DNA of 10,741 bases from positions 1 through 10,741 of the forward strand of contig JADGIF010000331.1 in NCBI GenBank assembly GCA_018985225.1. Direction: 5' to 3'. Shown in pieces: positions 1 through 8,122 of the stretch. Under the pieces are notes generated by a model that saw only the letters and a program-made list of their open reading frames with translations, ran no database searches and was not told where the DNA came from. Position numbers and translations under genes: made by a program. The DNA is from Amoeboradix gromovi X-113. Lineage: Eukaryota; Fungi; Sanchytriomycota. Within the stretch, counting starts at the first letter, position 1. Every line of letters begins with the position of its first letter.

Positions 1-215
1 GTGAACCTAGATAAATACAAAATTAAATTTAGCTTACATAAGATCGGAGGGGCAATGCTAATACTGTATGAATTCTCTATTTCGTTGTAACAATAAAATG
101 CAATTTAATCACTTAAGAACAGTAAATTATTCGAAATTCAAGAGGAATTTTATGTTTGGTGTGGATCCTCACTTCCGCATGATTCCCTAAGAAATACAAA
201 ATCTCCTATTACAGT

Positions 216-237
216 TGATTGGCCATTTATGTTATAA
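216..237 (+). promoter_or_regulatory. Putative core promoter of Ala-rich gene 1: reverse CCAAT box (TGATTGG) and TATAA
   Basis: TGATTGG at 216-222 and TATAA at 233-237, 29 nt before the ATG at 262. Both are conserved in copy 2 (1416-1437). Confidence 0.5.
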
Positions 238-261
238 CATGAAGGAGTAGTATTTTTGTAC

Positions 262-1044
262 ATGTTGATTGCTGCTCTGATATTGGCTCTTCCATCTCCA
301 AATTCTCCACCCAATGATGACAACATACAAGTGGTTCCTGATGGTGGCCATAAGTTAGCTTGGTTTGGTGCTGCTACTGCTGCGAGTGTGGCTGCATATG
401 CTCTCTATAAGAAGCTTAAACCTACTTGGACAGGATTTAATAATGGAAAGAGAATCCCTTTTGGTACTGCCAGTAAAGCTGGTCATGGCTTAGATTCTGC
501 TGCTTACGATGCTGCTACTGCTGCTGCTAACGCTGCTTATGATGCTGCTAAGTCTGATCACGCTGCTTATGTTGCTGCTGCAAATATTGCTCATGAAGCT
601 TCTGCTGCTGCTAATGCTGCTCACAATGCTGCTGCTAACGCTGCTCATGATCCTGCTGCTGCTAAAGCTTCTCGCGATACTGCTGCTGCTAGGGCTCACT
701 ATGCTGCTTACGATGTTGCTACTGCTGCTGCTAACGCTGCTTATGATGTTGCTAATGCTGATCACGCTGCTTATGTTGCTGCTGCTAAGGTTGCTCATGA
801 AGCTTCTGCTGCTGCTAATGCTGCTCACAATGCTGCTACCAACGCTGCTCATGATCCTGCTGCTGCTAAAGCTGCTCGCGATGCTGCTGCTGCTGCTAAG
901 GCTGCTCAAGATGCTGCTGATGCTGCTTGGGCTACTGCTAAAGCTACTCACGATATTGCTGCTGCGAAAGCTGTTGTTGCTAATACTGCTGTTTATGACG
1001 TTGTTGTTGCTGCTAACGCTAACGCTGCTCATGTTCATGGCTAA
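262..1044 (+). CDS. Putative secreted/single-pass membrane protein with long Ala-rich His/Tyr repeat tail (260 aa)
   Basis: The ORF track starts at TTG 256; the first ATG is 262. Short hydrophobic N-terminus MLIAALILALP, a Pro/Asn/Asp spacer, hydrophobic LAWFGAATAASVAAYALY followed by KK, then an Ala-rich tail. The paralog at 1462 keeps the frame, stop and C-terminus AAHVHG. AATAAA at 1046. Confidence 0.8.
   Translation: MLIAALILALPSPNSPPNDDNIQVVPDGGHKLAWFGAATAASVAAYALYKKLKPTWTGFNNGKRIPFGTASKAGHGLDSAAYDAATAAANAAYDAAKSDHAAYVAAANIAHEASAAANAAHNAAANAAHDPAAAKASRDTAAARAHYAAYDVATAAANAAYDVANADHAAYVAAAKVAHEASAAANAAHNAATNAAHDPAAAKAARDAAAAAKAAQDAADAAWATAKATHDIAAAKAVVANTAVYDVVVAANANAAHVHG
499..894 (+). 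repeat. Intragenic 204-bp (68-codon) tandem repeat built on GCT triplets
   Basis: GCTGCTTACGATG(C/T)TGCTACTGCTGCTGCTAACGCTGCTTATGATG occurs at 499 and 703. The peptide unit AAYDxATAAANAAYD...AAHDPAAAKAxRD occurs twice. Confidence 0.92.
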
Positions 1045-1184
1045 AAATAAATTTCTATTTGATTTATTTGTAGGTTAAACAATTTTACGTTTTTAGTGTG
1101 CTAATGCGAACTTTCAACAGTTAATCAATAACGTTGATTGGCAGATTAGAAGTATATAGAAAACCAAACTAAAAAGTTACAGGA

Positions 1185-1828
1185 GTGAACCTAGATAAAT
1201 ACAAAATTAAATTTAGCTTACATAAGATCGGAGGGGCAATGCTAATACTGTATGAATTCTCCATTTCTTAATCCAGAAATTTCGTTGTAACAATAAAATG
1301 CAATTTAATAACTTGAAAACAGTAATTTTTTCGAAATTCAAGAGTAATTTTATGTTTGGTGTGGATCCTCACTTCCGCATGATTCCCTAACAAATACAAA
1401 ATCTCCTATTATAGTTGATTGGCCATTTATGTTATAAGATGGAGAAGTAGTATTTTTGTACATGTTGATTGCTGCTTTGATATTGGCTCTTCCATCTCAA
1501 AATTCTCCACCCAATGATGACAACATACATGTGGTTCCTGATGGTGGCCATAAGAAGTTAGCTTGGTTTGGTGCTGCTACTGCTGCGAGTGTGGCTGCAT
1601 ATGCTCTCTATAAGAAGCGTAGAGATATTTGGACACGATTTAATAATGGAAAGGGTAACATTTTTGGTAGTGCTAGTAAAGCTGGTCATGGCTTAGATTC
1701 TGCTGCTCATGATCCTGCTGCTGCTAACGTTGCTCGCGATGTTGCTCATGATGCTGCTGCTGCTCATGTTCATGGCTAAAAATAAATTTCAATTTGATTT
1801 ATTTGTAGGTTAAACAATTTTACGTTTT
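1185..1828 (+). repeat. Tandem duplication unit, copy 2 (repeat tail shortened)
   Basis: Near-identical to 1-1093 apart from a 16-nt upstream insertion (~1262-1278), one extra AAG codon, scattered substitutions, and in-frame absence of most of the Ala-rich tail. Confidence 0.95.
1462..1779 (+). CDS. Short paralog of the Ala-rich secreted/membrane protein (105 aa)
   Basis: First ATG at 1462 (the track's start 1456 is TTG). The signal-like and hydrophobic segments match gene 1; the tail is reduced to DSAAHDPAAANVARDVAHDAAAAHVHG. AATAAA at 1781. Confidence 0.75.
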   Translation: MLIAALILALPSQNSPPNDDNIHVVPDGGHKKLAWFGAATAASVAAYALYKKRRDIWTRFNNGKGNIFGSASKAGHGLDSAAHDPAAANVARDVAHDAAAAHVHG

Positions 1829-2401
1829 CTGCTTTAGAGCAACTTTGCATCTCAAAAGAAAACGAACTCTTTCATTCTTGTGGACCAAATTTACTTGCTT
1901 TGCTACTCCTCGTTGAAATTCCTGAGCTACAAGAAGCTAAGAAGTTCTGCAGAGAAACTGGCTAGACCATTAATCCCCTTAGGCTGATTCTTGTGCTTAC
2001 AACACCCTGAGGCGGCATCGAATTGGGATGTATACAAGTGTATGTGCCTTGCGTCATGGTCGCTAGCTACTCTTAACTGACGTTATCTACACGAGCATGT
2101 CACCAAACCGGTTTTTGCACATAAATTGTTAGCTCAGTATGCAATCGAACATCTACTCCAACCCAAGGAACCAACACAGCCACTTTACATCATACTGCAA
2201 CCATATGGACAACTTTAAATGTCTATACACTCCTGGCGCATGCTTATCTCGATTCTAAAAAAGTTGAATAAAGTCGAGAATGAATTGGACGTTGGGCCCA
2301 AGTTTTTCAATGCAATTGTAATACTTGTTGATCTTAAAATTCGTCTTCAAGGTCATTCCAGTAATACGATTCTTTGCAATTCATGGACTCAAAGCACATA
2401 A

Positions 2402-2627
2402 CAATAGACATGAAGGGCATCACGACTTTTCGCTCTTAGACCAGTCGTGAGCTCGTATCTACGAGTAGTACTTTAAATTCATATGTCGAGAAAAGATGAT
2501 TTGGAGCCATTGCGGCTGAAGAAAAGAAAGAATATCGAGCTTCTATCCTCTTAGAAAGAGGGTATATCAGAGCGATACATCTCATGCAATGACGATAGAT
2601 AGTATATGAAGAAGAGCTAACAGCTGT
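2402..2627 (+). repeat. Dispersed ~225-bp direct repeat, copy A (upstream of ABCC gene)
   Basis: Aligns by eye to 7170-7392. Core 2495-2627 vs 7261-7392 has ~25 differences in 133 nt (~80%), including identical blocks GAAAAGAAAGAATATCGAGC and ATCTCATGCAATGAC. Confidence 0.85.
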
Positions 2628-3243
2628 GAGATCTATTTAAATCCGCTCAACTATATTCTGAGATTTCAACAAATAAGTGTCCTTTAAGTATTTGAGTTGT
2701 TATTGTGCCATTTTTATGTATAGCTTATAATGGAATGAGCTTCGAATAGCCTGGTGAAGGAATACAACCTATAACATGATATGAAATAGAATGAACTCGA
2801 ACTTTATCAGAGTTTCTGCAGTCCAACATATTCCACCATTGAGTGTTTTATAATCACTAATCGCATACATTTAAGAAGATTAAATTGCTATACGGTCACG
2901 AAGACTACATAGATATCATCATAACAAAAACATACTTTAGTAGTATCCCACAAGTCGTCTTCATTTAGGAAATGCAAAATTAGATTTATTGCAGATTTTC
3001 GCATTGAACTTAAGCATTAATAACTTGCCACATTAAAAAATTTATCTCCACGTGACAGTTCCAATCATCAAAAACTATGCTAAATTTTAGGAATAATGTT
3101 TCCAAATATTGGGTTTAGAGTAAAAAAGCCAGAGTTCACTTATTCCGCAGAGTTTTGTCGCTTAAATTGGTTATAAACTAGATAACAGCGTGAGTGAGTC
3201 CTATTCGTTGCTAGCGGATTTCATAAATTGGGGAGTCATTCAT

Positions 3244-3296
3244 CACATGATTGGAAGATGTTTCCGAAAAGTGATTGGTCGGAACAACTATAAATA
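3244..3296 (+). promoter_or_regulatory. ABCC gene core promoter: E-box CACATG, two reverse CCAAT boxes, TATA box
   Basis: CACATG at 3244-3249, TGATTGG at 3248-3254 and 3272-3278, TATAAATA at 3289-3296 (32 nt before ATG 3321). Confidence 0.6.
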
Positions 3297-3320
3297 TCTC
3301 GATTTCCTCCAGCATTTTTC

Positions 3321-6300
3321 ATGAAAGCAATTTCAATTACTAGCAAATTCTTATTTGCTCAGGTGTTCCGCCTGTTGCGTAATCCAAATGCGAGATTAAG
3401 GTTGCCGCAGGAAGTCCTATCAACAAGTGCCAGTGCTCCAGTGTATTCATTTACTCCTGGTAAGGGCCAACTGTTGAAGTGGCTTTTAAAATACAATGGT
3501 AAGCCGATGATCATTTTTGGAGTGTTGAAAATAATCTGGGCTATTTTTACTTGGACTGCTACTTACTGGGTATTCTTAGGCTTGCTCAGCCTGGGGTCAA
3601 AAAAAACGTTTATTGTCAACGACTTTTACGTGTTGTGTGTGCTGCTGTTCATATGTTGTCTAGGTGCAACTGGCGCCTACCATTACATGAACTACTTGTC
3701 GTTTAAGCATTCCGTAAGGGTTCGTAGTGCCCTAACCAGTTTAGTCTACGCCAAGCTACTTAAAATGAGAGCAAGTGAATCTATCACTGATACTGTTACA
3801 ATTATAGCTACCGATGTGCCTAGTGTTGCTCAGGGAGTACAATCTTTTCATATTCTGTGGACTGCACCATTTGAAGTATTAACCATCTTCATTCTAGGTA
3901 GCTGTCTAGTGGGGTATGCTGTATTGCCTGCTGTAGGTATGCTACTAATTTTTTTACCTATCAACGCTTGGATTGGAATGGACGTTGCTAAAACCATCTC
4001 AAAAGTGACAAAAGTAACGCTTGACAGGGTACAGAAAGTTGTTGAAGTACTTCCTGTTATGAAACTAATCAAGTTTTATGTTTGGGAATCTCACTTTCAA
4101 GGCGAAATTGAGAAGGACAGAAAAGTTGAAGAATCTTTAATGTTGCGGAAGCTGATACTACGGGCTTGCAATTACACCGCTGTGTTTGTATTCCCAGTAT
4201 TTACTGTTTGGATCACCTTGTGGACATTTCAGTTAACTGGTGGCGCTATCGATCCTATTATTTCATTTACATGTCTCAATTTGTTCAATTCTCTCCGTTA
4301 TCCACTGTTATTGCTTCCAAATGCTATCACTGACTTTGCTGGTGCTCTGAAAGGTATTGAATCCATTGAAAGGTTTCTTGACCTCAAGGAAGTCGATCCT
4401 CCTACTAATTTAGACACTCATCAAGATCATGATATTTTAATTGAGAACGCTGAATTTACATGGACCGGTAAAGACAAACTGCTTATTGAAGATCTCAAAA
4501 TCAAACACGGCACTTTAGTTGCCATTGTTGGTGATGTTGGTGCTGGTAAATCCTCTTTGCTGGCAGCCATTAGTGGTGAGATGAGATTAGTTAGTGGTCA
4601 ACGCAATATTACTACCTCCATATCTCTTTGTCCCCAAGAAGCATGGCTTTTAAAAGAAACTATCAAGAAGAACATTTTATTAGGTGCACCATTTAGTGCT
4701 AAACGATTGGATCAGGTAGTCCATTCATGTGGGTTAAAAACTGATCTGGAGATGTTTCAAGATGGTCAAGATATGTTGGTGCTAGAGGGCGGAAGTAATT
4801 TAAGCGGTGGCCAAAGGCAGCGTGTTTCCTTGGCAAGATCGGTTTATGCTAATAGTGACATGATACTCTTGGACGATCCGTTAAGTGCTTTGGATCAAAA
4901 GGTAGGCAAGCATATCTTTGATGAATGCATCAAGAAGTTTCTACGTAAGAGAACTATCTTGTTAAGCACGAATAACTTGAACCAGGTCAACGATGTTGAT
5001 TATGTAATTTTAATGAAGAACGGTCAAATCGCTTGCCACGGACCTACTTCAGAGTGCACGAATCACCCAGAATTCCAAACATTTTACAATCAGCATTCTG
5101 GTATGAATTTTCAGTATGAGAGCACAGAGGATACTAGTGATCCTATTCACAATGAACTGGCATACCATGGTGGCCATTCTGTTCAACTAACTACCCGTAG
5201 TGCCATGGCAGGTAGCTATGGTTTTAACGGTCAAACATGGAAATCTGTAACCACTTCTATGGCAAATGATGAGGTAGTTGAGCAAGACGAAGATGAGCTG
5301 GTGTTGGTCAACAACAACGAGGACAAGCAATCAATTAAGAGTGGAGACGCCATTGGATTTTACTTGGGTAACCGTAGAATCAGAATGTTGTTTGCTGCAT
5401 TGGTTTGCGTATTCTTCTTTACACACGCCATTCGTTTGGTCAGTGATTACTGGGTCAAGTTATGGGGAAGTAAAACCATCAATCCTCTGAATATAAGCAA
5501 GAATGAGTACGCATTGTATTATTTAATATTCATGTGTGCGTTTGGTACTATGGTGTTCACTCGTGGTTATCTGTTTAGTTTATTCACCAGTTATAAGTCT
5601 AGAACCATTCATCAAGATGGCTTAAACAGAGTGTTTAATGCCACGATGCAGTACTTGGAAGTTAATCCTATTGGTATCACTATAGGTGCTTTCAGCAAGG
5701 ATATATACTCACTTGATGATGAAATGCCTGAAAACTTCTTTAAAGTACTTCAGTTTTTGCCTTTGAGCTTAGGTGGACTGCTTATGACTTTAATTTTCAT
5801 TCCAATGACATGGATTATATCTATAATTGCTGTTATCGGTGCGGTGGGTATCCAAGTAGTTACAAAGAGGCTGTATGATGTTTTATTAAACAAGGAATTG
5901 GCAACACGACCAGAGATTTACACGCATTTAAACACAACGGTAGATGGAATATCTTGTGTTAGGATATTCAAAGCTACTACACAATTCACGCACTCATTAT
6001 ATCGCATAATGGATGGTAACCATTCATATGTTCTGGGACTGGGGTTACTAGAAAGCTTCAGAGGGTTTTACGTTGATATTATAGTGTCTTTGTATATATT
6101 CACTGCTGCGATTTTCAGTAATGTATTTCAGGTGGATCCTAGCAATTTGGGATTAGCATTGAGTAATGCTTTGCAGCTCTTGGTGTTTCTGCAATGGACA
6201 GTTAAAGGATTAAGTGATGGTTTGTTAGGGCTACAGGCTGGGCAATCTTTCATGTTTATTAGAGACAATGCTAAGCCAGAAGACGGGACAAGTAATGGTG

Positions 6301-7127
6301 ATGATGCAGATAGTCTGGACGACAGTAAAAAGAGAATTGACAAGGGAGTCGAGTTTACCGGTAGAATCGAGTACAATGATTTTTGGCTGAAATACGAAGA
6401 GAATGCTGATCCTATTCTCAAGGGTATTTCTTTTGATGTCAAGGCAGGTGAGAAGGTAGGAGTTGTAGGTAGAACAGGAGCTGGTAAGAGCACTATCATA
6501 AGCTCGTTATTTAGAATAGTGGACGGATTCAGAGGAGCTATTAAACTGGACGAGCACAATATTAAGGATTTGAGCTTGAAGCTGTTAAGGAACAGTATAG
6601 CAATCATTCCACAAGAACCAGTTACATTTACAACTACATTGAGGTATAACTTGGACCCATTAAACCAATTTACAGAGCAAGACTTATGGAGGGTATTAGA
6701 GAGAATGAATCTAATGACCAAGATTAACACATTTGATGACAAGTTAGATACTATTTTAACCAATCAATTGAGTGCTGGAGAAAAGCAGCTGTTGTGTATA
6801 GCTAGAGCGGTACTTAGTGAATGCAGAATAGTCGTGTTAGATGAAGCAACAAGCAGAATTGATGCAAAGAGCGACCGGCATATACAGCAAGTAATAAGAG
6901 ATATGTTTGGAGACAAAACAGTGGTAACAATAGCACATAGGTTAGATACTATCATTGATAGTGACAGAGTATTAGTCATGGATGCTGGATTAGTAGTTGA
7001 GTATGGAGTACCAAGTGAGTTGCTTGATAAGAAAGACGGTGTGTTTAGGCAACTTGTGGATTCATCGACACATCCAGAACAACTGGAAAAACTAGCAAGA
7101 GAGGCCTATGCTAAAATGAAGAAATAA
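3321..7127 (+). CDS. ABC transporter subfamily C (MRP-like, short form without TMD0), TMD1-NBD1-TMD2-NBD2, 1268 aa
   Basis: NBD1: Walker A GDVGAGKS, signature LSGGQRQR, Walker B ILLDDPLSALD. NBD2: GRTGAGKS, IIPQEP, NLDP, LSAGEKQLLC, VLDEATS, IAHRL. ABCC-typical MKLIKFYVWE in TMD1. Single uninterrupted ORF with AATAAA overlapping the stop. Confidence 0.96.
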   Translation: MKAISITSKFLFAQVFRLLRNPNARLRLPQEVLSTSASAPVYSFTPGKGQLLKWLLKYNGKPMIIFGVLKIIWAIFTWTATYWVFLGLLSLGSKKTFIVNDFYVLCVLLFICCLGATGAYHYMNYLSFKHSVRVRSALTSLVYAKLLKMRASESITDTVTIIATDVPSVAQGVQSFHILWTAPFEVLTIFILGSCLVGYAVLPAVGMLLIFLPINAWIGMDVAKTISKVTKVTLDRVQKVVEVLPVMKLIKFYVWESHFQGEIEKDRKVEESLMLRKLILRACNYTAVFVFPVFTVWITLWTFQLTGGAIDPIISFTCLNLFNSLRYPLLLLPNAITDFAGALKGIESIERFLDLKEVDPPTNLDTHQDHDILIENAEFTWTGKDKLLIEDLKIKHGTLVAIVGDVGAGKSSLLAAISGEMRLVSGQRNITTSISLCPQEAWLLKETIKKNILLGAPFSAKRLDQVVHSCGLKTDLEMFQDGQDMLVLEGGSNLSGGQRQRVSLARSVYANSDMILLDDPLSALDQKVGKHIFDECIKKFLRKRTILLSTNNLNQVNDVDYVILMKNGQIACHGPTSECTNHPEFQTFYNQHSGMNFQYESTEDTSDPIHNELAYHGGHSVQLTTRSAMAGSYGFNGQTWKSVTTSMANDEVVEQDEDELVLVNNNEDKQSIKSGDAIGFYLGNRRIRMLFAALVCVFFFTHAIRLVSDYWVKLWGSKTINPLNISKNEYALYYLIFMCAFGTMVFTRGYLFSLFTSYKSRTIHQDGLNRVFNATMQYLEVNPIGITIGAFSKDIYSLDDEMPENFFKVLQFLPLSLGGLLMTLIFIPMTWIISIIAVIGAVGIQVVTKRLYDVLLNKELATRPEIYTHLNTTVDGISCVRIFKATTQFTHSLYRIMDGNHSYVLGLGLLESFRGFYVDIIVSLYIFTAAIFSNVFQVDPSNLGLALSNALQLLVFLQWTVKGLSDGLLGLQAGQSFMFIRDNAKPEDGTSNGDDADSLDDSKKRIDKGVEFTGRIEYNDFWLKYEENADPILKGISFDVKAGEKVGVVGRTGAGKSTIISSLFRIVDGFRGAIKLDEHNIKDLSLKLLRNSIAIIPQEPVTFTTTLRYNLDPLNQFTEQDLWRVLERMNLMTKINTFDDKLDTILTNQLSAGEKQLLCIARAVLSECRIVVLDEATSRIDAKSDRHIQQVIRDMFGDKTVVTIAHRLDTIIDSDRVLVMDAGLVVEYGVPSELLDKKDGVFRQLVDSSTHPEQLEKLAREAYAKMKK

Positions 7128-7169
7128 ATTAAATTAACATTTAAACTCCGATAATTGGCTTAGAAGCAG

Positions 7170-7392
7170 CAACAGACATAAAATGCTACCCTTTTCACTC
7201 CTGGACCAGTCTTATCCTCGCATCTGTCAGCAGTTTCTCTAATTCAGATTTTGAGGAAGAGATGATTAGAGCCATCGGGGCTGACGAAAAGAAAGAATAT
7301 CGAGCATTTGCATTTTGAGAAAGAAAGTACATCAGAACGATATATCTCATGCAATGACAATAGATACTATATGAAGTACAGCCAATAGCAGT
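7170..7392 (+). repeat. Dispersed ~225-bp direct repeat, copy B (just downstream of ABCC gene)
   Basis: Same-orientation homologue of 2402-2627; it begins ~40 nt after the ABCC stop. Confidence 0.85.
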
Positions 7393-7466
7393 TTTGTGTC
7401 CTCAGGCTCCGTATTGCCGGGCATCCGTGCTGGAGTGGTTGCAACGACATGCCAAAATGAATCTAA

Positions 7467-7553
7467 CACGTGCTAACTAATTTGCATGCTTCGATGTAAA
7501 GATTGAATAAGCACATGACATTAGCATCAGCAATAATAGAGATCATATAAATA
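7467..7553 (+). promoter_or_regulatory. Promoter of small membrane protein 1: E-boxes and TATA box
   Basis: CACGTGCTA at 7467, CACATG at 7512, TATAAATA at 7546-7553 (35 nt before ATG 7581). Confidence 0.55.
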
Positions 7554-7580
7554 GTGGCTACAGTGTACAGCCCCAATTTC

Positions 7581-7805
7581 ATGTTTACCTTTCTGGACGT
7601 CATTTTACTTTTGGCTCTTGTTGCATTGGTTTTTTGGATACTGTCAATAACCTCAGTCCTACCAATGGGAGGAGTAGGTTATATATTATTGGTTATTGCT
7701 ATAATATTATTTATTGCGTGGCTGGTATTACGAGTTTTTCAAGTGGGATGCAATTTATTGTGTTGCAGAAGGAAAAGAAGCAGAAATATGAGCTCTAGAG
7801 TTTGA
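7581..7805 (+). CDS. Small two-TM membrane protein, Lmo0937/DUF5670-like, with Cys/polybasic tail (74 aa)
   Basis: The track start at 7554 is GTG directly after the TATA box; ATG 7581 aligns with the paralog's start. Two hydrophobic helices joined by LPMGG; tail GCNLLCCRRKRSRNMSSRV. 37/54 identity to the paralog over the membrane part. Confidence 0.85.
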   Translation: MFTFLDVILLLALVALVFWILSITSVLPMGGVGYILLVIAIILFIAWLVLRVFQVGCNLLCCRRKRSRNMSSRV

Positions 7806-8122
7806 GGTGCTTAATAAATAATCAATCTATAATATATGGTCTGCGCGTTATTAAGAAGGGATGTACGGAGCATGCTAGCTCACTAGGTAATAATTTTACA
7901 ACTTGCGAATAGAAACACCCAATACCAACATTCGATTTGTCACGGAATTGCACTCGCTATAATATAACTAATATCTGAATATTTGTTTAAACGATGTCAA
8001 ATTGTTAAAAATATGCCTGGGAAGTTGAAACCTACTTAGCAGAAGTGTAGTATTGGTTGATCTCATAAGGTTATGAAATATGGGATCGCTCTTTCAATTT
8101 CTTATGCGTTGTGGAGTTTGAC

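Larger units (their letters stand above)
1..1093 (+). repeat. Tandem duplication unit, copy 1 (promoter + Ala-rich gene + 3' flank); may extend left of the window
   Basis: GTGAACCTAGATAAATACAAAATTAAATTTAGC... at position 1 recurs at 1185. Similarity continues through the promoter, CDS and 3' flank to ...CAATTTTACGTTTT (1093 / 1828). Confidence 0.95.

Noticed and set aside
241-258. AAGGAG Shine-Dalgarno-like site with TTG start at 256 (bacterial interpretation)
   Set aside because: Not conserved in copy 2 (GGAGAAG). Gene content and signals are eukaryotic, and an in-frame ATG lies at 262.
499-1000. CRISPR array
   Set aside because: The repeats are in-frame coding triplet repeats without unique spacers, there are no cas genes, and the context is eukaryotic.
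490-1038. 182-aa poly-Ser ORF on the minus strand
   Set aside because: Antisense shadow (AGC) of the GCT repeat, with no independent support.
499-1041. Type I antifreeze protein call for the Ala-rich tail
   Set aside because: Ala-rich, but it lacks a sustained 11-residue Thr periodicity. Any similarity would be compositional.
509-1078. 189-aa poly-Leu ORF
   Set aside because: Shifted-frame shadow of the GCT repeat (CTG codons). The Ala frame has the conserved head, stop and paralog.
2219-2401. 60-aa ORF
   Set aside because: Short, with no recognisable motif and no TATA/AATAAA context like the supported genes.
2452-2465. Small inverted repeat CTCGTA-TC-TACGAG
   Set aside because: A 6-bp stem is expected by chance, and it is not preserved in repeat copy B.
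2495-2627. The direct repeat as a conserved coding exon or evidence of an alternative genetic code (shared in-frame TGA/TAG in both copies)
   Set aside because: Mismatches show no third-position bias, and genuine genes in the window end with TAA, TGA and TAG, so the standard code fits.
3848-6979. ORFs 3848-4072(-), 5278-5490(+), 6128-6763(-), 6764-6979(-)
   Set aside because: They lie entirely within the ABCC CDS as antisense or alternate-frame shadows.
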